A stretch of 64,000 nucleotides of DNA from the human T2T-CHM13v2.0 reference genome, Homo sapiens: NCBI RefSeq assembly GCF_009914755.1, contig NC_060945.1; one strand, written 5' to 3'. The notes under the pieces are model-generated. The model saw only the letters and a list, made by a program, of their open reading frames with translations. It had not been told where the DNA came from and ran no database searches. This document shows positions 45,035 to 57,850 of this stretch, piece after piece. The position numbers were made by a program, and so were the translations under genes. Numbering within the stretch: the stretch's first letter is position 1; every line of letters starts with the position of its first letter.

Positions 45035-45575
45035 AGTCATTCAATGATTATTTATTGAGTACCTGTTATGAGCCATGGACTGTCTTAGGTGCTGGTGATA
45101 TAGAACTAAAAGAAAAAGACAAAACTCCTTATCTTTGTGGAGCCTACATTTTAATTATGTAAGTAGGTAATAAATAATATAAGTAGCTAAAGTATACAGT
45201 GTGTTGATAATGATTAATAATAAAGAGATGCTGGGTACAGTGGCTCATGCCTGTAATCCCAGCGGTTTGGGAGGCTGAGGTGGATGGATCGCTTAGGCCA
45301 AGGGATTCAAGACCTGGGCAACATGGTGAAACCCTGTCTGTACCAACAAAAAAGTACGAAAATTATCCAGGCACACACCTCTAGTCCCAGCTACTTGGGT
45401 GGCTGAAGTGGGAGGACCCATTTGAGCCCAGGAGGTTAATAACAATTGTAGGTAGGGTAGTTGGTGGTAGTTGGTGAGAACTTCCCTGAAGAGATAATTC
45501 TTGAGTAACAACTTGGAAGACATGAGGCTAATATCATCTATATCTGGGGGAAGAACCTTCCAGGCGGGGAAACTG
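45035..45575 (-). mobile_element. L2 3' end interrupted by AluJ
   Basis: tcattcaatgattatttattgagtacctgttatgagcc is the antisense L2 tail. Confidence 0.75.
45229..45436 (+). mobile_element. AluJ, 3'-truncated
   Basis: J-type gtgggaggac...ttgagcccaggagg; no tail. Confidence 0.85.
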
Positions 45576-47232
45576 AAGGCTGTTTTCTTCACTGCAGGTG
45601 GCTGCCACATAAGGCTAGTACTTCCCTTTCAAGGTAGGGAGTATCGAGGAAGAGGCAAACACTTATTGCTCAGAGAAGAAAAAAGGACTAATTTTGCTTT
45701 AGCAAACCTGTTATTTTTGTACTCTAAATAATATTATATCTAACCATTCCAATATTTTGAAATCAAGTATTATATAATTCTGATCATTAATCTTTACTAA
45801 AAACTTTGTATACATACTCTGACAAACAATCTTTCTTCCTCATGAGTTTGCTGAGTATTGTGGAGAGTGAAGATTAACAAAAATCGTGAGAAAAAATAAT
45901 GTAATAGCAACTTAGAGATAGTTGGAGTGAAGTTAGGTACATTCTTATTAGGAGTAAGAACAATCAAATCCAGCACTTGCCTCAAGACTCACATCTTTCT
46001 AAAACATGTCACTTCTGGACAAGAGGTGACTACCCCAATTAAGTAATTTATTTGTGTGGGAGGATCTAACTCCAGAACTCTGTAAGAAAAAGAGGTGCTT
46101 TTGGATGCTGATAAATCCCCCAAATAAAAAGTTATATTAAAACATACATCTTGATTTCCTTTGAAGAGTGTATGGTGTCTGTCCCATGACTGGCAATTCT
46201 GATCATCCACTTGAGAAGGGATAATCTCACTGTTTGTCAGTTGAGATGGCTGTAAACTGAAAATTATTATGTAAGCAGCCTGACGAAAGTACCAAGAAAA
46301 CTTTAATTAACACTTGCATGATTAAGAAATGTAATAAATATGATGGTAGATATGATAAATAGCTTTAATCTCAATCCCTATTACAATCACAAAATTTAAC
46401 TTCTCAGAGAAACAATCTGATGACTATGTACTGACATTTTGAAATTAAGTTTGAAATGTTAATGTTTTTGGTTGAGTATCACTCTTTCTGCTGCCCCAGA
46501 TTCTAGTGTTAGACATTTATATGCTTTTCACTTCTCAAGCCAGAGAACCATAACATGATTGGCATAGATATCTATTCTGTTTTTTAGCTTCTAATATCTG
46601 AAAGTCTGAACCAATTCCAAAGTGTTGACATTATACAGTCATTTTTCATGGATGTACATGTTATGGCTGGCATGTAGTAGGACCGAGAAAACTGTGAAAT
46701 ATATAAATATCTTCAAACTACTGTTCTATTTCTTATACTTTTTGAAACTGATCTAGTGATTTGCTTTTGATTTCCTATTGCAGTGTTTGATTGTCATCTA
46801 ACTGATTATTTTAAGTGATTTAATTATATTATAAGATGAATAAAATTCAGGCTTCCAGTTAACTAACTAGCTTTTGTTCCCTGAAGAAATTGGCAGAAAA
46901 GGACATATCTATTTATGATTTTTTTTCCTCACCAATTTCTACTTTAAGAGACATGTTCTCAAGTAGAGAAGATTTTCCCACAGACGGCATTAATTGGAAA
47001 CGTTGTAATGACAATAACAAGTATGCAGAAATCTAGTTGTTTAGAAGAAATTTTCTCTTTCTTCATGAATATTTGGACAAGCTATTCCGTCAAATGTCTG
47101 ATATATTTAAAATGAGGCCAAGCAGACATGCATTTGGTTCACAGTTTTCCAAAGTGTGTGTTCTAGAACACTTTTATCACTAGATTTCTGCTGGGTTTGT
47201 GTGACAGTGCATCTTATCTCCCTCTTCATTAA

Positions 47233-47586
<354 letters not shown>

Positions 47587-47667
47587 TTTCAAGGTTTTAA
47601 TATCTTCTACAGCAAAGAAATCTGATTAACCTTGCTTAACCCAATGTTTACCAAATGTATTTACTGA

Positions 47668-47720
47668 CAGACCAATTACATATTTACATCAGACCAATTA
47701 CATTTACATCAGACCAATTA
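47668..47720. repeat. ~20-bp tandem repeat x2.5
   Basis: cagaccaattacatttacat repeated. Confidence 0.88.
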
Positions 47721-48959
47721 ACATATTCTGAGACTAGCATTTCGGGAAGCAAATGCTGCTAAAACACCTTAGCAATTTCTGTGAGAATGAAATCCATATC
47801 CAGTTAACAGCGTTTTTCAGTGTTGTATAACCTTGTGGACAACTTGATACTGGTTTAGGTTCTTGAATTATTGACCTTTTAAGACGTCTGCAGGTGAATA
47901 ATAATTGGCCACATACACAGCAATGCACTTAGAGCATTATTTTAAGTTCCGCACTTGGAAATTTGCCAGCACTACTTTGGAAATGGCAACTAAAGCAAGC
48001 ATTTCATATATTGGATTCTATGGAACTTTGCTGAATTTGGAGACAGAAATGCATTAAGCAGCATTCAATATAACTGGTCTTAAATGTGGGAGGGCTTAGT
48101 GTTTATTTGCAACACATAATTTTTTGGGAGCCTTAAGGCTCTTTAGACTCCAAAGTGTTTTCCTCACATCCTATCACTCAGTGAAATTCCAGCTTTGGAG
48201 CTCCTCCATCTCTCATTGGAATTAGATAATCAAAACAACCCTGTCATTTTCTATCCTATGCCTCTGCTTAGCCTTTTTCTCTTCCTAAAATGTCCTTCTC
48301 CTTTATGCCTCAATCAGTGCCCTTCATAATTCTGTGCTACCTTCAAATGACCCTTCCTCCCTCACACCTTTCCTCATTCTCACCATGGTGACAGCTGTTT
48401 GTCCAGGCTGTGCTGAGGTAATCGAAATGTTTCCTCTTTTCTCTGTGTCTAAACGGGACTTTGCTTGCCTCTTTGTCATAACAGATTCTATGAAATACTG
48501 TTACTGGGAAACACGTATAATATTCCACCAACGTTTTCATAATCACAGACGACGTTTTGCTTATGATAACTAGTGTCTTTCACGGAGTAGAAATGCAAAA
48601 TCATACGGCATGGCAACTTAAAAATTGGCCTTGACCATTTCTTTTACACTAGGGGAGTCACATGAAAATGCAGGTTGAAAATCACATTTTGAGTTTTTTT
48701 TTTTTTTAATTTATTTACTAAGATATACTCTGGCTACTTCACATGTAAACAAAGAATTTATTTCTTGAGGATCCTGGCATTATTGGTACATTTTCTTGTT
48801 GTCACTTGGTTTTGGCCATTTTTCAACTGGTCAAAATTAAAAAAAAAAAAAATTTCAAAGCAATATGACACCTACAATTACATTGTTAATTTTGGCTCTC
48901 CTTATTCTTTCCAGATAATTGTTCTTCATCCATTTTATTCCTAAGTTAGAATTCTTTAA

Positions 48960-49335
48960 AATAAACTTTTAAATAATTTCAGACTTATGAAAAAGTTTCA
49001 AAAGTAGTACAGAAATTTCCTTACAGTTTTTAAGCAGCTTCCTTAAAGGTTAACATCTTACATAATCAGGGAACAGATATTGAAAACAAAAGATTAACAT
49101 TGAAACCATCCTATTAACTCATCTGTAGACCTACTTAAGTTTCCTTAGTTGTCTCCCTGAGGACTTATTTCCTCAGTCTAGGATCCAATCCCTGATCCAA
49201 CATTGCAGGTAGCTGTCAGGCACTTTGCCTCCAATCTGATATTTCTTCAATCTTTCTTTGTGCGTCGAGAATTTGATATTTATCAAGAGCGTTATCCAGT
49301 TATTTTGTAGAACATCAATTTCAGGTTGTCTGCTA
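48960..49335 (-). mobile_element. L1MC-type 3' UTR fragment
   Basis: aataatttcagacttatgaaaaagtttcaaaagtagtacaga resembles the antisense L1MC4/5 end. Confidence 0.65.
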
Positions 49336-49642
49336 TGTAAGTAGCCATTATATCCTTTGAAAAATAGTCTTAGGCATATTTCTGAAGATTACTTGTGTGG
49401 AAAGCATTTGTTTCCCAAATGCTTTGTTGACTTGCATCATTACTTTCCATGTGAAAAAATGCATGTTTTAGCGTCTAAAAAAAAAAAAGGGCAGAAATAT
49501 CTTATTTTCCCCTTTCCTGATGATTTGTCCTATAATAGTCTTTGGAAAGATTTATAATGAGATTGAGTTTCAGAGCTTTGTAAGCCTCTGTTCACGAGTA
49601 TACATCCTTTATCAAAAAATATTTTTAAAATGTGAAGTTATT

Positions 49643-50718
49643 TATATTAGCATTCTCCAGAGAAACAAAATCAATAAGGTATATATGTAGATAGATATAT
49701 GAGAGGTAATTTGTTAGGGGAATTGGCTCATGTGATTATGGAGGCTGAGAAGTCCCATCACAGGCCACCTGCAAGCTGGAGATCCTGGGATGCCTGTAGC
49801 GTGACTCAGTGCAAGTCTTCAATACTCAGAATCAGCGAAGTCGAGGGTGGAACTCTCAGTCTGAGGCTGAAGTCCTGAAAACCTGAGGAGCCTCTGATGC
49901 AAATACCAGGGTCCAAATGCTGGAGAGCCTGGAATTTTTGGTGTCGGAGTGTTATAGGAAAGGGGTCCTGATCCACACCCCAAAAGAGGGTTCTTGGATC
50001 TTGTGCAAGAAAAAATTCAGGGTGAGTCCACAGTGCAAAGCTTTCAAGTTTATTAATAGTAAAGTGGTGAAAGTACAGCTACTCCATAGATAGAGTAGGG
50101 TGTTCCTGAAAGTAAGAGGAGAAATGCATCCACACTAGATACAATACTTGTTTATGTATAGTATAAAAAAAAATCATGGGGACCTGTGCTCTGCTACTAG
50201 GGTTTGTGATAAAGGATTAATTTTCTTAATTAGTATATTTTGCAAGAATCAGTATTATGATCTTTAAAGCAAAATTAGGAATGCTTCTTTTCTCAAGATA
50301 ACAGGATATCAGGACACTCCTAAGTCTGGGTCTGTTTAGTAAACATTATCAATCTGTTCCCTTGCCCGTAAACATCTAGAGGCTAGGAATACCTAACTTC
50401 CTGGGAATGCAGCCCAACAAGTCCCAGCCTCATTTCCCTAGCCCTCACTCATGATGGAGTCACTCTGGTTTGAAAGCCTCTGACACCAGGGCAGGAGAAG
50501 AGGGGTGTCCTATCTCCAGGAGAGAGAGGGAATGAGAATTTACCTTTCCTCTGCCTTTTCCACCTATATTGAGGGTGGATCTTCTCCACCCACTCCACCG
50601 ACTCACACAGTAATCTTCTCTGGAAACATCCTACTAGACACACCCAGAACTAATGCTTTACTAGCTCTCCAGGTAGTCTTTAATCCAATAAAGTTGACAC
50701 CTAAAATTAATCATCACA
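49643..50718 (-). mobile_element. MLT2 (ERVL) solo LTR split by MER41
   Basis: attctccagagaaacaaaatcaata...ggctgagaagtccc and terminus aagttgacacctaaaattaatcatcaca. Confidence 0.85.
49950..50485 (-). mobile_element. MER41-family ERV1 solo LTR (C/D-like)
   Basis: Termini tgttataggaaaggggtcctgatcc and ctctggtttgaaagcctctgaca. Confidence 0.88.
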
Positions 50719-51876
50719 GTCTTTTTTTTTTTTTTTTAAACCACACAAGTTATCCATTTTCTTTCTTAGTGACTACTAGGTAGGAGTATTAGACAACTTG
50801 AAATGTTGAAATTTAATTGTTTCAAGTTATCCATTAATTATCCTGGTTAGAAAATCAGGCTTGATTGGTGTACCTCTTTAATGAATAGCGCAGAGAAATC
50901 ACATTAAAATGTGATACTGTTAAACCAATGTGTTAATTCTTTGACACACTTGCTTTCCTTCTTTCATTTTCCAGTGTGCCTTTCTCTCTCAAAGTTTCCA
51001 GACTCTGCTTTTTCACTAACTTCCTTATTCATTTTGACCAATTCCTGCCTTGACTAATTTACCCTAATCAATTTGCAATCTGATTTCTTTCCCTACCACT
51101 TCATGAGACTGCTTTGCTCCCTCAAGAAGTGCAAATGACTTTCTAAGCTAAATCTGCTACTTGCGTGCATCATTGACAATGCTGGCCACTTTCTTTTTCA
51201 GTGAAATTCTTACCCTCTTGTAACATCTGACAAACATTATCTCTTGGTTCCCTTGCTGCTTCTCCAAACATATCTTCTATTCTCATTTTTGCTGCTTGTC
51301 TTTTCAAATATAGGCATTCCACAGGTTTATTCTCCAACCATGCCGTGGTTAGAGAATGCTCAAATGCTCCCAAAACTTCAGTTATCACCTTCGTGCAACT
51401 GACTCAATCTTTACCTTGAATTTGCATATTCATCCTGAACTTTTTGTTCTGAATTTCCCATAGGTACTACAGATTCAACTAGGCACTAAACTGAGATTAT
51501 TAGTTCCCCTTATAAACATCAATTTATTTCTCCTACACTCACTCCCTGATTTGGGCTGAAGTTAAATTCAGTGTTTAGGTTCTCCCATCCCACTTGTCCT
51601 CTGCCTCCTAAACCATATTATTCTTTTAATCTGGACTATTCTCTCCCTCTCTCACTTTATGTTTGAACATGATAATTTTTCATTTAGGTACAGCTTGAGT
51701 TCTATCTCAGTGATACCTACCCTGTTCAATTCAGAAAGAATGAAAGAACTCTCATGTAATTAACTTCATTGCATCGTGTTTCATCATTAGTTGTAGACAT
51801 GTCTGTATTGTTTTCCTCATCAGAATGTAAGTCTCTCAAGCGATCTTTGTGGAACTTGTAAGTCGGTCATTACCTT

Positions 51877-52187
51877 CTTTCTTTCTTTCTTTTTTTTTTT
51901 TTTTTTGAGACTGAGTCTCGCCCCGTCGCCCAAGCTGGAGTGCAGTGGTGCAATCTCCACTCACTGCAAGCTCCGCCTCCCAGGTTCACACCATTCTCCT
52001 GCCTCAGCCTCCTGAGTAGCTGGGACTACAGGCGCCCGCCACCATGCCCGGCTAATTTTTTGTATTTTTAGTAGAGGTGGGGTTTCACCTTGTTAGCCAG
52101 GATGGTCTCGATCTCCTGACCTCGTGATCCGGCCGCCTCAGCCTCCCAAAGTGCTGGGATTACAGGCATGAGCCACCACACCCGGCC
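51877..52187 (-). mobile_element. AluY
   Basis: Y diagnostics; TSD tcattacctt. Confidence 0.95.
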
Positions 52188-52941
52188 GCTCATTACCTTA
52201 TTTCTATAATGATTTGTGAATTGGCCTGAAATAACTCATCCCTGGTTTGTTGTTGTTGTGTTGTGTTTTGTGATTCAGCCCTGTAAACGGCATGCTCCTC
52301 CCAGGAATGATAATGCTACACTGTAACACAGATCATTGGTGTTTCAAAAAACCCATCCATCCATGTCTTCATTTATTTGCAAAACAAGGGCAGGAAAAAC
52401 TAGAATTAAATCGTTAATTCTCTCTCGGTCTCTCAGGGCAATATGTTGGGCAGTTACTTGAGTGAGATATTTTTTATCAAACCAAATATGCTGAGGCAGG
52501 AATAACATCAAAGGTGTTTGTGATGTACTGTTGCTCTCATTAGTTACCTGCAGATCAAACAGGTATCTGTTCTAACACTTCGATTTTGAAACTTAATGCT
52601 GTGTTTGTTAAATTTACTTAATTAGGACCTCTTAACACCTCAGATAGTCGCTTAAAACAACAACAACAAAAACAACAGTAATACCCAGCTGTTAGCCCTG
52701 CGGATGAAACAATAAATGCAAAGTTAACACTTTTTAAAGGTGAATATGTACATTTGGATGCCTCGACAGCATTCAGTAAAAATCAAGTGTGCTTAGAGAT
52801 AATCTACTAAGTTGCTGATTGTTTCTGGACCTGTAACTCTTAATAAATATTGCAAATATCTAAAAGATATGGATCATTATTTAGGGGAAATGTATGTGTA
52901 TGCATAAATGCAATCTTTTATAATCTAAAAATACTTTTCAG

Positions 52942-53013
52942 GAGCTCTTTCTGAGATGAAGAGAATTCTCAATGTCAAGATTTGAACAAGAAGAGAATGG
53001 AATACACAATATG
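52942..53013 (+). other. Candidate 72-nt spliced exon (lncRNA or 5' UTR), NAGNAG acceptor
   Basis: tacttttcag|gag acceptor, consensus donor atg|gtaagt, purine-rich GAAGA enhancer-like content. Confidence 0.55.
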
Positions 53014-53285
53014 GTAAGTGACTTGCAAAAAAGATCAATGTGACCACATTTCTAGTGCTCCATTGGGCAGTTATCACTTGTAAGTTGCATGCATAGAAAA
53101 ATGCATACTTATGGTAGTCACTGTTGCAAGCAGTTCTGAAATATTAACACAGTTGATCAAAATTGTTCCACTCCTAAAAGCTTATTTTGATAAACTTGGT
53201 GTAAAAGATACTTGGCTATCACTCATGGCAGGTGATTTTACTCTAATTTTTAATTAGGGAAAATTAAGGTTGCTTATGTGATTAA

Positions 53286-53883
53286 TGTCACGCACGTCCA
53301 TGTGAAGAGACCACCAAACAGGCTTTGTGTGAGCAATAAAGCTTTTTAATCACCTGGGTGCAGGTGGGCTGAGTCTGAAAAGAGAGTGAGCAAAGTGTGG
53401 TGGGATTATCGTTAGTTCTTATAGGTTTGGGATAGGCGGTGGAGTTAGGAGCAGGGGGTAGATCTCACAAAGTACATTCTCAAGGGCAGGGAGAGTATTA
53501 CAAAGTACCTTTTCAAGGGTGGGGGAATATCACAAAGTACCTTCTCAAGGGTGGGGGAATATCACAAAGTAACTTCTCAAGGGTGGGAGAATATCACAAA
53601 GTACCTTCTCAAGGGTGGGGAAATATCACAAAGTACCTTCTCAAGGGTAGGGGAATATCTCAAAGTACATTATCGCAAGGGCGGGGAGGGTGTATTGTCA
53701 TAAGGTCAATTGATCAGTTAGGGTGCGGCAGGAACAGGTCACAATGGTGGAATGTCGTCAGCTAAGGCAGGACCTGGCTATTTGCACTTCTTTTGTGGAT
53801 CTTCAGTTGCTTCAGGCCATCTGGATGTATACATGCAGGTCACAGGGGATATGATGGCTTAGCTTGAGCTCAGAGGCCTGACA
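53286..53883 (-). mobile_element. 3' LTR (LTR7 family, 598 bp, 7 copies of the 32-bp U3 repeat)
   Basis: Sense starts TGTCAGGCCTCTGAG; PPT aagaagacaggaa adjacent at 53884-53896; TATAA and ATTAAA intact. Confidence 0.95.
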
Positions 53884-54169
53884 TTCCTGTCTTCTTCTGT
53901 TAATAAGAAAAACAAAACAAAATGGTGGTGAAGTGTTGGGGTGGCAAAAATTTTTGCGGGTGGTATGGAGAGATAATGGGCGATGTTTCTCAGGGCTGCT
54001 TTGAGCAGGATTAGGGGCAGTGTGGGAACCTAGAGTGGGAGTGATTAAACTGAAGAAAGATTTTGGGGTAAGGGGTGATATTGTGGGGTTGTTAGAAGCA
54101 GCATTTGTCATATAGAGTGATTAGTGATAGTCTGGTTGCAGTTTTGTAGGAATTGAGAGATTAATTGGA

Positions 54170-54425
54170 AGACACAAGGGCCAAGTAAGAGAAAGAGAAA
54201 AACAGGTATCAAAGGACTAAGAATTGGGAGGACCCAGGACATTCAACTAGAGAGTGCCCAAGGGGGTTCAGCCTAATTATTTGCTTGTTTGATGAGTTTT
54301 TGGGCTCTATCCTTGCATTTTTTTATGTTGTCATATACCAGGCCAGACTGATTTAGGTAAAAACAACACTCTTCATTTAAAAATACACAGAGTCTTCCTT
54401 TTTCAGCAGTGAGTAAGTCAAGGCC
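54170..54425 (-). pseudogene. HERV-H env TM remnant
   Basis: Minus strand reads LDLLTAEKGRLCVFLNEECCFYLNQSGLV: end of the immunosuppressive domain plus CX6CC; stops follow. Confidence 0.88.
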
Positions 54426-54623
54426 TGTTCCTGTTTTCTTATATTAATAATAATAATAAAAAAACAAAATAGAAGTAAAGTGTTAGTGTCATGAGGGGAA
54501 CAGGAAGCTGTTCGGTCCTATTTGCAAATTGATTTTGGGGGTAAGGCTAACTAGTGTACATGTGCCTGTCTAATTAATAGGTAGACACATGTAGGTGAAG
54601 GAGCCACAGAGGAGGAAGACATC

Positions 54624-55456
54624 TTTTTTATTATTATCATTATTATTATTATACTTTAAGTTTTAGGGTACATGTGCACAATGTGCAGGTTAGTTACATA
54701 TGTATACGTGTGCCATGCTGCTGTGCTGCACCCATTAACTCGTCATTTAGCTTTAGGTATATCTCCTAATGCTATCCCTCCCCCTTCCCCCCACCCCACA
54801 ACAGTCACCAGAGTGTGACGTTCCCCTTCCTGTGTCCATGGGTTCTCATTGTTCAATTCTCACCTATGAGTGAGAACATGCGGTGTTTGGATTTTTGTCC
54901 TTGCGATAGTTTACTGAGAATGATGATTTCCAATTTCATCCATGTCCCTATAAAGGACACGAACTTCTCATTTTTTATGGCTGCATAGTATTCCATGGTG
55001 TATATGTGCCACGTTTTCTTAATCCAGTCTATCATTGTTGGTCGTTTGGATTGGTTCCAAGTCTTTGCTATTGTGAATAGTGCAATAAACATACGTGTGC
55101 ACGTGACTTTATAGCAGCATGATTTATAGTCCTTTGGGTATATACCCAGTAATGGGATGGCTGGGTCAAATGGTATTCCTAGTTCTAGATCCCTGAGGAA
55201 TCGCCACACTGACTTCCACAATGGTTGAACTAGTTTACAGTCCCACCAACAGTGTAAAAGTGTTCCTATTTCTCCACAACCTCTCCAGCACCTGTTGTTT
55301 CCCGACTTTTTAATGATTGCCATTCTAACTGGTGTGAGATGGTATCTCATTGTGGTTTTGATTTGCATTTCTCTGATGGCCAGTGATGGTGAGCATTTCT
55401 TCATGTGTTTTTTGGCTGCATAAATGTCTTCGTTTGAGAAGTGTCTGTTCATGTCC
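54624..55456 (-). mobile_element. 5'-truncated L1PA3-like insertion inside the HERV-H env region
   Basis: ORF2 C-terminus ([18 protein letters not shown]), 3' UTR and (TAA)n tail; degenerate TSD aggaagacatcttt/aagaagagaacttt. Confidence 0.93.
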
Positions 55457-55779
55457 AAGAAGAGAACTTTGTAAGGCAAAACTGGAAATGTAAAGTGAAA
55501 AGACAAGAGGGAGCACCAAAACAGGTGTCTTGCACCCAGACTCTTAGGGATTTAGTAAGGGCAGCAGCCGTTAGAGGTTGTAATGGGGATTGATGGAGCA
55601 ACTGGGTAGAAGGGGAGGTTTGATTTTTATGGTGTATGAGAAAGTACAAAGTGTCTACGAGTAACCGTTCACTGCTATTCATGGGGCTGGGTATAAGCAA
55701 GCAAGAGGAGGGGCTAAGAGGAGAGTCCAAAGAACAAGGGGAAGGTAGCTAAGGATGGAGTGAAATGCAGGGCAAATGT

Positions 55780-57850
55780 CTTAAAGGAAATGAGAGGTTC
55801 TAAGAGGCGGGCTAGTGGCTTGTAACTTACATGGAAGAGGTTATGAAAAGACGAAAGAATGGACTGAGCTTGTGAGGCAGGAAGGATGAGTTTTCCATGA
55901 TCTAAGAACCACTTGCCCTGAGTTGGAAAAGACTGGTAGAGCAGGTTTTCAGAAGAAGAGTAGGTGGGAGTGATAGAGGAGAAAAAAAAATACTGGCCCT
56001 CCGGAGTGGGGGCTGGAATATTAGCGGGTGTGGAGGCATTGGTTATTTTTTTTTTGCAATAAGATCAGTAGGTTTCTGGTGTCCTTTACAATGAATGATT
56101 CCAGCCTTGGCTGGCAGGAGAACAACCTTAAGGGCCTCTATTAGGGAGGCATTATTAGTGGAAGAGCTTTGTGTGGTAAGGAAGCCTCTTTTGACCCAGA
56201 TGGCAGCATGGTTATGGAGGATGTGGAAAGCATATATGGAGTCAGTATAAATGTTAATGTGCATTCCTTTAGCTAGAGAGAGCACACGAGTTAAAGCAAT
56301 CAGTTTGGCTTGTTGGGAAGTGGTGGAGGGAGGAAGTGCAGCAGCTTCAATAATAGAGGTGTGGGACATGACAGCATATCCAGCTTTAGCTGGTGAAAAT
56401 TGATTGGGTTTAGAAGAACCGCCATCAATAAACCAAGTGTGGTCCGGGTTTGGAATGGGAAGATTAGAAATATGAGGAAAGGGAGAAGATCCTATGTGTG
56501 TTAGGGAAATACAGTCATGTGGTTCAGGACTTGTGTTGGGTGCTAAATGAGAAGCTGGGTTGAAATCAGGCCCATGGGTAATAGTTACTATTGGAGTTTC
56601 AACAAAGAGTGAATAGAGCTGGAGGAGTTGGGGGGCAGACAATAAATGTGAAAGGTATGAGGAGGATATTAATGCTTGAAGGTTGTGAGAGCTGTAAAGG
56701 GTAAGTGGAGCATAGCCTGTGATTTTTGATGGCCTCTAGAAGTATTTAAATGGCACAAACATGAGGGCCAGCCCAGAATTGTGAAGTTGAGTTGTTTGGA
56801 TAGAAAGGCTATAGGGCACGGTCCCAGCTCTTGTGTAAGAATTCCCACTGCACAGTCCTGTACTTTGGTTGTGTGTAATGAAAAGGGTTGGGATGAGTTA
56901 GGGAGAGCTAGTGTGGGAGCAGCTTCTAGGGCTGTTTTTAAGGAATGGAAAGAGGAGTGGGGAAAGGATCTAGGATCTATGGGGCCAGGTAGGTTTCCTT
57001 TTGTGAGTTTATGTAATGGTTTAGTCAGGATGGCAAAATCAGGTATCCAAAGGTGAAAGTACTTAACCATGCCTAGGAAGGAAAGGAGCTGTGGCTTTGT
57101 AGAAGGGGTTGGGGTTTGGGAGATTAGCTGGACATGATCAGCAGGGAAAACACGTGTTTTTTTATGAAGAATCATGCCGAGATAGGTAACCGATGAGGAA
57201 GAAATTTGTGCTTTGGAGGGGAATATGTGATATCCCTTTGAGAATAGATGTTAGAGGAGCAGGAGGGTGTCCTGTTGAGAAGATTTTGGTGGGGGTGGGG
57301 GGCAGCTATAAAGTAGAAGGTCGTGAAAATATTGAATAAGGTGAGAAGCAGATGGACAGAATGAAAGTAAATCATGAGAAAGGGCTTGACTGAAGTAACG
57401 GGGGCTGTCTGTGAAGCCTTGCGGCAGTACAGCCCAGGTAATTTGCTGAGCCTGATGGGTGTCAGGATCAGTCCAAGTGAAAGCGAAGAGAGGCTGGGAT
57501 GAAGGATGGAAAAGAATAGTAAAGGAAGCATATTTGAGAACCAGAACAGAATGATGGGTTGTGAAGGGAGGTTATTGAGGTGTGGCTGTAGCCCAGGAAT
57601 AGTCAGGGAAGCAAATAATTTGGCTAAAATGTCTCGACCTAATAAGGAAGCTGGGCAGGTGGGAATATCTGAAAAGGAGTGCTTAAAAGAGTATTGTCCA
57701 AGTTGGCACCAGAGTTGGGGAGTTTTAAGAGGTTTAGAAGCCTGGCTGTCAATACCCACAACAGTTATGGAGGCAAGGGAAAAGGCCCTTGAAAAGAAGG
57801 TAATGTGGAGTGGGTAGCCTCCGTATTGATTAAGAAAGGGACAGACTTAC
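55780..57850 (-). pseudogene. HERV-H pro-pol remnant (protease, RT, RNase H, start of integrase), frameshifted
   Basis: FLINTEATHS (defective DTGA), LLGRDIL, LIQYFHDLLL (defective YxDD), LLSFLGM, WFIDGGSS...NIYTDSIYAF...IIHCKGHQ; integrase core absent. Confidence 0.92.

Noticed and set aside
54853-55506. 217-aa ORF as a gene
   Set aside because: It is the L1 ORF2 C-terminus of a truncated insertion, with a chance N-terminus from flanking HERV sequence.
56043-57759. Three 168-199 aa ORFs as a functional pol
   Set aside because: Frameshifted fragments; protease and RT catalytic motifs are defective (NTEA, YFHD) and the integrase core is deleted.
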